DNA of 64,000 bases. It comes from an uncultured SAR86 cluster bacterium (lineage in GTDB: Bacteria; Pseudomonadota; Gammaproteobacteria; Magnimaribacterales; AG-339-G14). The stretch lies in contig CACESE010000007.1 in NCBI GenBank assembly GCA_902562135.1, positions 1,306 through 65,305 on the forward strand. Reading direction: 5' to 3'. Shown piece by piece: positions 56,424 to 64,000 of the stretch. Position 1 is the first letter of the stretch; each line of letters starts with the position of its first letter. Made by a program: the position numbers and the translations under genes. The notes under the pieces are model-generated. The model ran no database searches. It was not told where the DNA came from and saw nothing but the letters and a program-made list of their open reading frames with translations.

Positions 56424-58130
56424 ATTTTCTCTGGTGCGCTTATTGATAGAATTCCTAAGCCTTCTTTTATGACTTTTTTAATTGCTAAAACTACAACAAA
56501 TTTAGCATCTCTTAAGTCTTTTTCTTCTTCAATAAATTTATTCGCGTTGTAATAAGAATGAAATTTTGAGGCAAGATCTCTCAAGTAAAAACATAATGGA
56601 TGTATTTCGAGATCTTTTTTACACTGCCTAATCACATCTTGAAATTGCTCTATTTCATTGATTATTTCAAATTCAGAATCGGTTAAAACGTGACTTAAAG
56701 TTTTTAAACCATTTACGTTATCGATAGATAATTTTCTTTTTTGCAATTCTTTTTGAAGGCTACATATTCTTGCGTGAGCATACTGGATGTAATAAACAGG
56801 ATTATTTTTGTCTTCTCTTTTTGCCAAATCAATATCGAATTCTAAAGATTGATCACTTTTTCTAGCCAAAAAGAAAAACCTCGCAGCCTCTACCCCAACT
56901 TCTTGTATTAGTTCTTCTAGAGAAATAAATTCCCCTTTTCTTGTCGACATACTAACGTGCTCTCCTGATTTAATAAGTGATACAAATTGTATGATTAGAG
57001 TCGTTAATTTTTTTTGACTTTAAATTCAATGCGTCTAAAGCTCCTTCTAGTCTTGCTATGTAACCATGGTGGTCAGCTCCCCAAATATTAATCAATTGAT
57101 CAAAATCTCTTTCGAATTTGTATTTATGATAAGCAACATCCGAAGCAAAATAAGTTGGATCTTGATTATTTCTAATTAAGACCCTGTCTTTTTCGTCACC
57201 AAATTCTTTAGATTTAAACCAAAGCGCATCATTTTCTAAATAGGTGTAGTTGTTTTTTTTTAATTCACTTAATGTCTTTTCAAAAAGAGCGCTACTCTCG
57301 GAACTCTCATAAAGTGATTTTTCACTCACCCAGCTATTATGTTCAACTTTAAATTTTGAAAGAATGCTTTTGATTTCCTTCATTTGATAGGAAATACAGA
57401 AGTTTGTAAGCTCCGAAAAATTTGAAGTTTTTTCATAAGCTTCTTTCAAGATCAGATTGATATCAGACGACTCCAGGCTTTCTAAACTTTCTTTTAACCG
57501 AAACTTGTCGCCAAAATACTCTTTTGCTGATTTTGCACATTTTTTTACGTATTCTCCTTGATAGCAGTCATTTGGAAAAAAGATTTTTAAATTAAATAAC
57601 TCTTGATATCTTAAAAAGACACTCAAGGCTAATACTTCCGTTTGAAGACCTCTATCGTTTATATAATATTCTTCTAAAACTTCATCTCCAGTAAGCCTTA
57701 ATAGCTTTGCCAAAGCAGACCCATATGCAGCACCTCTTCCGTGACCGACATGAATTGGACCAGTAGGATTACTAGAAACATATTCAATTAAAACTTTACG
57801 GTTTTTTTCAGTTTCCAATAAGGAAAAATCATCAGATAAAAAGCTTTTTAAAAATTCAGTTTGTGCTTGTTCTGTTAAAAAAAAATTTATAAAGCCGGGA
57901 CCAGCAATTTCTATTTTGTTTAACCAATTTTTTTTTGGGAATTCATTGACAATATCCTCAGCTATTTTTTGAGGCTTAACTTTCAATTTTTTACTTAAAA
58001 CCAACGCAATGTTTGAACTGAAATTTCCATGAGATTTTAATTTTGGCCTTGTTATATCAAAGTCGTTAATCTCTTCTAAATTTAGTTTTTTTACAGAAGC
58101 AATTATTATTTCTCTAATATCAGATTTCAT
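56420..58130 (-). pseudogene. argS: arginine--tRNA ligase, split by a homopolymer frameshift as given
   Basis: The N-terminal ORF 56970-58130 ('SSNPTGPIHVGHGR', 'GADHHGY') ends ...LNLKSKKINDSNHTICITY*. A second frame is open from about 57014 and reads SQKKLTTLIIQFVSLIKSGEHVSMSTRKGEF... through 'YIQYAHARI' to 56420. Removing one base of the 8-nt run at 57008-57015 joins them. Confidence 0.9.
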
Positions 58131-58696
58131 TTATTAACTCTATTCTGGTACTCACAATTTCGAGTATCTACTTTTACAATGTCTCCAGGCTCTACGAAAA
58201 GGGGCACTTTGATCTCAACACCATTTACCAAAGTGGCTTCTTTTAGAGTATTTGTTGAAGTATCTCCCTTGAAGCCAGGCTCAGTTTCAGAAATTTCTAA
58301 TTCAATAAAATTTTGAATTTCAACATTTACTATTTGATCATTCCACATTGACATTTCATATTCTTCGCCTTCTTTCATCCATTTAACTTTATCTTTAAAG
58401 ATTTTTTTTTCTACGCTCATTTGTTCAAAGTTTATTGAATTCATAAAAACTAAATTTTTTTCTTCTGAATATAAGAATTGCATTTTTATTATGTCTAATT
58501 CAGCCTTTTCTATCGTTTCTCCAGTCTTAAAAGTTTTATCTAAAACTTGAGAAGAAATTAAGTTTTTGTATTTAACCCTCATTACCGCTTGTCCTTTTCC
58601 AGGTTTATGAAATTGATGTTCTAAAATTTCGCATAGATTATTTTCTATGATCACCTTCATTCCAGTTCTGAATTCATTTGTTTGTATGGTTGCCAT
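58127..58696 (-). CDS. efp: elongation factor P
   Basis: 'FRTGMKV' and 'HKPGKGQAVMRVKYKNL' (modified-Lys loop). 189 aa. ATGA overlap with argS. Confidence 0.95.
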   Translation of the reverse strand: MATIQTNEFRTGMKVIIENNLCEILEHQFHKPGKGQAVMRVKYKNLISSQVLDKTFKTGETIEKAELDIIKMQFLYSEEKNLVFMNSINFEQMSVEKKIFKDKVKWMKEGEEYEMSMWNDQIVNVEIQNFIELEISETEPGFKGDTSTNTLKEATLVNGVEIKVPLFVEPGDIVKVDTRNCEYQNRVNK

Positions 58697-58856
58697 TTTT
58701 TTTAGATTTATTTTTAAATAACAGTTAAAATTTTTGTTTTCCTATTAAGTATATTAATTGTTGCAAGATAAATTTATTTTACTTAAAGTGAGGACTGAAA
58801 GGGGCAATTTGAATAAAAATTTTTTATTAATTCCCTTTTTTTTGTAGGTGAAGAAA

Positions 58857-59630
58857 ATGAGATTAATGAAAATTCCAAGTATTACTAAAATATTAGCTTT
58901 ATTTATTTTTGTTTCTTCAATCAGTTTAAATTCCCAAGTAGAACCAGTTTTACAAGAAAACAAAGTAAGAGCGGATAACGCAGCCGCATCCCAAGTAAAA
59001 ATAGATTCAGCTCAAACTAAAACAGACAAGGATGCTTCAGAGTACAAGGGGGTAACTAAACAGATAGAAGGTCTAAAAGTATATAACGCTCAGAAAAAGA
59101 AACAGATAAGAAGGCAAATAGCTAGAATGGAAGAAATAGAAGAAACCATGAAATATGCTGCAGTTCTTCAGAGGCAAATTCCTCCTTTATCAAGGAGAAT
59201 GCATGAAGGTTTATCAAAATTTGTTGAATTAGATTTACCTTTTAGAAAAGGAGAGCGAACTGAAAGGCTTCAATTTATAAAAGACGCTCTGGATAATCCA
59301 ACTGTTTCGCCGGCAGAAAAATTAAGACAAGTTTTAGAAGGTTTTAATGTAGAAGCTGAGTATGGAAGAAAAATTGATACTTATAAAGACACTATTATTA
59401 TTGATGGTCAGGATAGAGAGGTAAATATTCTTAGAGTGGGCAGAATGGTTTTGGCTTACCAAACAACTGACTTAGATGAAACAGGGATATGGAACAAAGA
59501 AACTAATTCTTGGGAAAGCTTACCAGGAAGATATCAAAGACCTGTAAGAGATGGCATTTCAATGGCAAAAAAACTTAAGACTGTCGATATGCTTGAGTTA
59601 CCTATACCTGCTGCGGAGGTAATTCAATGA
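58857..59630 (+). CDS. DUF3450 protein (TtpB-like first gene of TonB2-type clusters)
   Basis: Signal peptide, a coiled-coil N-terminal half, and 'LPFRKGERTERLQFIKDAL ... EAEYGRKIDTY'. ATG 58857 follows AGGTGA. The track starts at GTG 58848. Confidence 0.75.
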   Translation: MRLMKIPSITKILALFIFVSSISLNSQVEPVLQENKVRADNAAASQVKIDSAQTKTDKDASEYKGVTKQIEGLKVYNAQKKKQIRRQIARMEEIEETMKYAAVLQRQIPPLSRRMHEGLSKFVELDLPFRKGERTERLQFIKDALDNPTVSPAEKLRQVLEGFNVEAEYGRKIDTYKDTIIIDGQDREVNILRVGRMVLAYQTTDLDETGIWNKETNSWESLPGRYQRPVRDGISMAKKLKTVDMLELPIPAAEVIQ

Positions 59631-61025
59631 AAGGCTTATTAAAAATATCATTAATTTTCTCATTAATCTTTTCTGGGGTTATTTTTTTCTCAAGAAGATC
59701 AAGAAAAGCCTGAAAATATAGCATTAGATCTTGATCAGCTACTTGAGTTAGTAAAACAAGGTAGATTCGCCGAATCTGAGGAAGCTGCAGAAAGAGAGGC
59801 TAGGTTTATTAAAGAAAAAAATAGACAAGCAACTTTATTAGCTAATGCAAAAGCGGAAAGAGCTAGACTTGAAGCTGAAGCATCTAGGTTAGAAGCAACA
59901 TTTGAAGACAACGATGCGAAGCTGACACTTTTGGAAGACCAACTGAAGACTAGATTGGGTTCACTTTATGAAACATTTGGTCATTTGCAGGGAGTAGCTT
60001 CAGATACTCAGGCAACTTTTGAAACATCAATAACTTCGGGTCAATTTGGAACCGATAGAGAGTTATTTTTAGAAGACCTCGCGAAGAAAATGGGTGAAGG
60101 TGTCAGTGTTGCAACCATAGAAGAATTGGAAAGGTTATGGTATGAACTTTCCAGAGAACTTGTTGCTTCAGGAAGTGTTGAAAAATTCACTGCAACAGTT
60201 ATTGATAATAATGGTGATGCTGCGGAAGAGGAAGTAGTAAGAATTGGGAACTTCAACGTAGTCAGTGAAGGAGAGTATTTAACTTATTTGACTGGTAGAG
60301 GCGCCTACGAGACATTACCGAAACAACCTAGTAGATTTTTAGACGGCTCTTATGACATTTTCGATGAAGACTCAGGTTTTGTGCAATTTGCAATTGATCC
60401 AACTGGCCCTCAAGGCGGTGCCTTGCTAGTCAACTTGATTTCTTTACCATCTTTTTTTGAGCAAATTCAATATGGAAGAATCACTGGTTATACAATTATT
60501 TTACTTTTCTTAATAGCTACAGGAGTTTTTGCTTGGAGGTTTTACTCACTTTTCACCATTAATAATGCAATTAAAAAAGAAGTCAGCGGTGAAGAAACAA
60601 GCGACAATCCTTTATCTAGAATTTTTGCTGTGGCAAGAGAAAATAAAACTGATACCGAAACACTTGAATTAAAATTAGCTGAACAAATTCTTGTTGAAAG
60701 ACAATCAATCGATCAGTACATTTGGGTTGTGAGATTGATTTCTGTAATTTCACCTTTATTGGGTCTGTTTGGAACTATCATTGGTATGATAAACACTTTC
60801 CAAGCAATAACGCTGTTTGGAACTGGAGATCCAAAAACAATGGCCGGAGGAATATCTGAGGCTCTCGTAACAACAATGTTGGGGCTTATGAGTGCAATTC
60901 CTACTACTTTCATGGCAGCTGCATTGAGCAATTACTCTAAAGGGATACTTTCTGTTCTTGAGGAACAAAGTACTGGAATGGTGGCTGCTAGATCTGAAGA
61001 AACCCAACAATCATCATCCGCTTAA
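59627..61025 (+). pseudogene. large MotA/TolQ/ExbB-family proton-channel protein (TtpC-like), N-terminus cut off by a homopolymer frameshift as given
   Basis: ATG 59627 (ATGA overlap) gives a signal peptide, MKGLLKISLIFSLIFSGVIFF, then stops. From the T7 run (59682-59688) another frame reads SQEDQEKPENIALDLDQLLELVKQGR... into the track ORF 59931-61025 ('GLFGTIIGMINTFQAI'). Confidence 0.8.
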
Positions 61026-61028
61026 ATT

Positions 61029-61554
61029 ATGGCTTGGTTTTATAACCTGCAATCCATCCTTTTTGAGTTTTTAGAAAAAGGTGGCGGTGTTGTTTTATTG
61101 ATAGCCTTTTTTAATTTTAATTATGTGGTTCTTTATTTTTGAAAGAATTTGGTATTTTCAGTTTATCCATCCTTATGTTGAAAGAGACACCATCGAAGAA
61201 TGGTCAAATGTCAAAATTCATAAATCTTGGGAAGGTCATATGATAAGAAATATGTTAATTTCCAAAGCGGAGCAGCAAATTAAAAACAATATAGAATTTA
61301 TAAGGGTCTGTGTTGCCTTAGCACCTCTATTTGGGTTGCTTGGAACTATAATTGGTATGATTGAGGTTTTTCATATTTTAGCTGTGACTGGAGGAGGAGA
61401 CGCTAAAGCAATGGCCGGAGGCGTTGCAAGGTCTACAATACCAGCTATGGCGGGTTTGATGGCTGCTATTCCAGCAAGTATTGCTGCCAGGTGGCTAGAT
61501 ACCAATGTAAAAAAGAAAACAGACTTACTATCTGAACGACTAACATACGAGTAA
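61029..61554 (+). pseudogene. exbB: ExbB/TolQ proton-channel protein, N-terminus cut off by a homopolymer frameshift as given
   Basis: ATG 61029 gives MAWFYNLQSILFEFLEKGGGVVLLIAFF.. and then stops. Removing one T of T6 (61107-61112) gives ...LLIAFLILIMWFFIFERIWYF... joined to the track ORF 61123-61554 ('FGLLGTIIGMIEVF'). Confidence 0.8.
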
Positions 61555-61560
61555 TACATT

Positions 61561-61971
61561 ATGAGAAGATCACTAATAAACCAGGCCGTAGAAGAAACCG
61601 AAGAACCGAATATTACCCCAATGTTGGATGTAGTTTTCATTTTATTAATCTTCTTTATCGTTACTGCTAACTTTATTAAAGAACCAGGTTTAGAAATTAA
61701 TCGTCCAGATTCTGAAACTTCCGAAATTACTGAGAATGCTGCTATCTTGATTGCTATTGGTGCTGCAGGAGAGATATATATGGATGGAAGGAGAATCGAT
61801 GTTAGGCAAGTCAAAGCGAATGTAATTAGATTGATTGCTGAAAATCCTCAAGGCTCGGTAGTTATACAAGCAGATGTAAAATCAACCGCAGAAAAAATTG
61901 TAGCTGTTATGGACGAAGTTAGAGAAGCTGGGGTGGTTGATATATCGATTGCTTCAGAACCTAATTTTTAA
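61561..61971 (+). CDS. exbD: ExbD/TolR biopolymer transport protein
   Basis: 'NITPMLDVVFILLIFFIV' followed by a periplasmic domain. Confidence 0.9.
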   Translation: MRRSLINQAVEETEEPNITPMLDVVFILLIFFIVTANFIKEPGLEINRPDSETSEITENAAILIAIGAAGEIYMDGRRIDVRQVKANVIRLIAENPQGSVVIQADVKSTAEKIVAVMDEVREAGVVDISIASEPNF

Positions 61972-62637
61972 ATGATTAATAAGTTTTTAAATTCTGACTT
62001 AGATAATATTTATCAAAAATATGGTCTTGCTGCAGCTGCTGGTACTACGGTATCTCTAGCTTCTTTAATACTTATGGCAGTTTTAATTGCAACTGGTGAC
62101 GTATCGTTAGATGAAGTTAAAACTAGAAAAATTGCTGATATCGTAATGCCGCCTAAAGATCTTGAACTAATCGACAGTTTTGAAAGACCTGAAGAAGCTG
62201 AACCGGAACCAGATCAATTACCGCCAGATGTAGATATCGATACAGTTGAAGATTTTGATGATGCATTAAATTTGAATTTTAATTTCAAAGCTAAAAGACA
62301 GGGCGTATTTGCTGATGGATCATACGTTCCTATATTTCAAGTTCCTCCACAATATCCAAGGAGAGCTGCTGAACGAGGCATAGAGGGATGCGTATTATTG
62401 GAATACACCGTAACTCCGCTTGGAGCAGTTTCAGAGCCAGTTGTAGTTCAAGCAAATCCTCCTGGAATTTTTGATAGAGCTGCAACAAGAGCTGCGTTAA
62501 GATATAAATACAAACCTCTAATAAGAGACGGGGTTGCAGTTGCAGTTGAAGGAGTGAGACAAAGAATTACTTTTATTTTAGAAGGCGAAGGCAAAGGACC
62601 AGGATATGTGCCTGAAAACTGTTTGGAGATGATGTAA
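61972..62637 (+). CDS. tonB: TonB energy transducer
   Basis: N-terminal TM segment, acidic/Pro-rich spacer (PEEAEPEPDQLPPD) and TonB C-terminal domain ('YPRRAAERGIEGCVLLEYTV'). Confidence 0.85.
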   Translation: MINKFLNSDLDNIYQKYGLAAAAGTTVSLASLILMAVLIATGDVSLDEVKTRKIADIVMPPKDLELIDSFERPEEAEPEPDQLPPDVDIDTVEDFDDALNLNFNFKAKRQGVFADGSYVPIFQVPPQYPRRAAERGIEGCVLLEYTVTPLGAVSEPVVVQANPPGIFDRAATRAALRYKYKPLIRDGVAVAVEGVRQRITFILEGEGKGPGYVPENCLEMM

Positions 62638-64000
62638 TGAAGCAAATTAAATTTCTGTTAGTCTTATTTTCGATTTTCTTTTTAAGCGCATCCTTATTAG
62701 CTCAAGAAACAAAAGAAAGAGAATTCAAGTTTCCTGGGTATACGTTAGACAAATGTCTTAAGGGGTATGATATTGCTAAGAAATCAAAAAGAATGGTGGC
62801 GAAGCTGCCAAGTCAAAAAGCTCAAAAATACTTAAAAAGACTTTATCCTTCTTTAGAAGAAGATAATTTGGAATTAGCTCTAGAAATATTAAATGAAATG
62901 AAAATTGATGACGCGCTTGAAGATAAAGATAAAGCGCAAATGTGGTATTACTTTGCCTATGTTCATTTTAGTCAGGATAAATTGAGAGAAGCTGAAAAAG
63001 ATTATTTTAATTTTCTGAAAATTGAAGATGCTGATCCAAGACTTAAAGCAAATGTTATTTTTAGCTTGGCTCAAATTTCGTATTCTAAAGAAGAATATAG
63101 AAAAGCGATTGAGCGAATGAGAGAGTGGCTTACAATTGAGGCTAATCCTAGCTCTACAGGATTTGATATTATGGCAGCAGCTCATTGGCAGCTAAATGAA
63201 AAGAAATTAGCATTGAAAAATGCTAATACTGCAATGTGTGTTGCTAAAGCTAATAGTTCAAAACCAAGAGAATCTACTTACACTTTGCTTCTAGCCCTAT
63301 ACAATGATGCACAAAAAACTGATGAGATGCTTCCTTTATACAAGGAGTTGGTTGATTTTTATCCAAAGAAAAGATACTGGGTACAACTTTCTTCTCTCTA
63401 TGGAAATTTAAATCAAGAGAGCAATCAACTTTCTGCTTTAGAAGCTGCTCATGATCAGAGACTTCTGAACAAGGAATCTGAATACATTGCTTTATATCAG
63501 CTTCTGATGAGAGCTGAGGCGCCTTATAAAGCAGCAAAAGCTTTGCAATATGGTTTTGATGAAGAGTTTGTAGAGAGAAAAGAGAAAAACTTAAAAATGC
63601 TGGCTCAAGGATGGCACATGTCACAAGAGTTAAAAAAAGCAGAACCCCTTTACAAGGAAGCTGCTGAGAAATCAGAGGAAGGAGAGTTGTTTGTTTTCTT
63701 AGGTCAATTGTATTTGGCTACTGATAGATATGAATTAGCTAAAGATTCCTTAAAATTGGGATTAGAAAAAGGGAAACTCAAAGATCCGGTCACGGTAAAT
63801 ATTTTGCTAGGCCAAGTTTCTTACGAGCAACAAAATTTTGATGATGCAACAATTTTTTTTCGCAAAGCTTTAGATAGATTAACAGACATTCAAATAAAAG
63901 ATAAAAAAAAGAAAGAAGAAAAACAAGACAAATTGAGAGAACAAGCACTTACTTGGTTAACATTTACTGAACAAGAAGCGAAAAGAGTAAAAATTCTCGA
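62637..64000 (+). CDS. secreted TPR-repeat protein (TtpD-like last gene of TonB2-type clusters), 3' end outside window
   Basis: I translated frame 0 codon by codon from ATG 62637 (TAATG overlap with tonB) to nt 64000 and found no stop. It has a signal peptide (MKQIKFLLVLFSIFFLSASLLA) and TPR-like helices. It is absent from the supplied ORF track, presumably because no stop lies in the window. Confidence 0.8.
   Translation, partial: MKQIKFLLVLFSIFFLSASLLAQETKEREFKFPGYTLDKCLKGYDIAKKSKRMVAKLPSQKAQKYLKRLYPSLEEDNLELALEILNEMKIDDALEDKDKAQMWYYFAYVHFSQDKLREAEKDYFNFLKIEDADPRLKANVIFSLAQISYSKEEYRKAIERMREWLTIEANPSSTGFDIMAAAHWQLNEKKLALKNANTAMCVAKANSSKPRESTYTLLLALYNDAQKTDEMLPLYKELVDFYPKKRYWVQLSSLYGNLNQESNQLSALEAAHDQRLLNKESEYIALYQLLMRAEAPYKAAKALQYGFDEEFVERKEKNLKMLAQGWHMSQELKKAEPLYKEAAEKSEEGELFVFLGQLYLATDRYELAKDSLKLGLEKGKLKDPVTVNILLGQVSYEQQNFDDATIFFRKALDRLTDIQIKDKKKKEEKQDKLREQALTWLTFTEQEAKRVKIL

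Noticed and set aside
58765-58790. Possible Fur box (AAGATAAATTTATTTTAC) upstream of the Ton cluster
   Set aside because: It matches only about half of the 19-bp Fur consensus. In DNA this AT-rich such matches are expected by chance.
58802-58843. Terminator-like hairpin (GGG(C)AATT ... AATTCCC followed by T8) just upstream of the DUF3450 gene
   Set aside because: The stem has 7 bp, only 3 of them G:C, plus a bulge and a 19-nt all-A/T loop, so it is predicted to be very weak. No upstream plus-strand transcript needs terminating. The T8 run is probably just AT-rich spacer.
51547-61123. Programmed ribosomal frameshifting as the explanation for the seven broken genes
   Set aside because: No slippery heptamer plus stimulatory structure is evident, and orthologues of these genes are not known to use recoding. 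All seven events being '+1 base in an A/T run' is the signature of homopolymer length error or simple slip-strand mutation. Transcriptional slippage is kept only as a minor alternative.
61371-61814. 147-aa minus-strand ORF spanning exbB/exbD
   Set aside because: It is antisense to two well-supported Ton genes. Its Ala/Ile/Ser-rich sequence mirrors the TM helices on the other strand.
62889-63624. Minus-strand ORFs 62889-63185 (98 aa) and 63274-63624 (116 aa) from the track
   Set aside because: They lie antisense to a continuous plus-strand TPR ORF with a signal peptide that fits the TonB2 cluster. Their sequences are low-complexity and Cys/Phe-rich, typical of antisense shadows in AT-rich DNA.
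1-64000. Searched by eye for tRNA, rRNA, tmRNA, CRISPR repeats, IS elements or transposases, integrases, phage or defence-system genes
   Set aside because: None was found. Intergenic regions are too short (mostly under 150 nt) and lack GC-rich structured segments or direct-repeat arrays. Every long ORF has a metabolic, transport or housekeeping assignment or is an unremarkable hypothetical.

Overview
This window is a visibly AT-rich, very gene-dense chromosomal segment with about 80 genes. Most genes are separated by 0-30 nt or overlap by 1-4 nt. The synteny rpoH-thiS-thiG-trmB followed by rdgB-metW-metX-yggT-proC-yggS (opposite strand), then argS and efp, matches Pseudomonas-type Gammaproteobacteria. 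A streamlined marine planktonic lineage such as SAR86 is only a guess. I saw no rRNA, tRNA, CRISPR array, transposase, integrase or phage gene, so this is core and metabolic DNA rather than a mobile island.

Gene content:
- Many lipid and xenobiotic enzymes: four crotonase-family genes, alpha/beta hydrolases, an HLD-I haloalkane dehalogenase, a GST-like protein, two MAPEG proteins, VOC proteins, an SDR and an acyl-CoA dehydrogenase.
- Transporters: a DUF4212 + SSS pair, a TRAP system and an SMR pump.
- Housekeeping genes: nadB, uvrD, cysQ, rpoH, thiSG, metXW, proC, argS and efp.
- A six-gene TonB2/Ttp-type energy-transduction cluster that runs off the 3' edge.

Observations most worth follow-up:
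1. A 17-codon ORF with 9 Cys (MCECCDCCECTCCSDKN) sits in a GC-rich island with an overlapping hairpin (4994-5086).
2. An operon joins TRAP permease genes and an M19 lipoprotein hydrolase to an ACAD + APH-kinase + small-protein trio. That trio resembles the LvaC/LvaA/LvaB and ACAD10/11 logic for 4-hydroxyacyl-CoA (41390-46900).
3. A seven-gene co-directional array is built around an alkaline-ceramidase-family 7-TM hydrolase (22835-28425), and a neutral-ceramidase-like secreted protein lies at 434-1933.
4. Seven frameshifts are confined to 51.5-61.2 kb. Each lies in an A/T homopolymer and each is repaired by removing one base. They break trmB (twice), metX, yggT, argS, the ttpC-like gene and exbB. 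Sequencing error is the most likely cause, and it changes the annotation.
5. Convergent genes abut with essentially no spacer. The one real spacer holds a 17-bp inverted repeat.

The supplied ORF track misses the 3'-open TPR gene at 62637-64000 and shows only its antisense shadows. All family calls come from motif recognition by eye; no searches were run.
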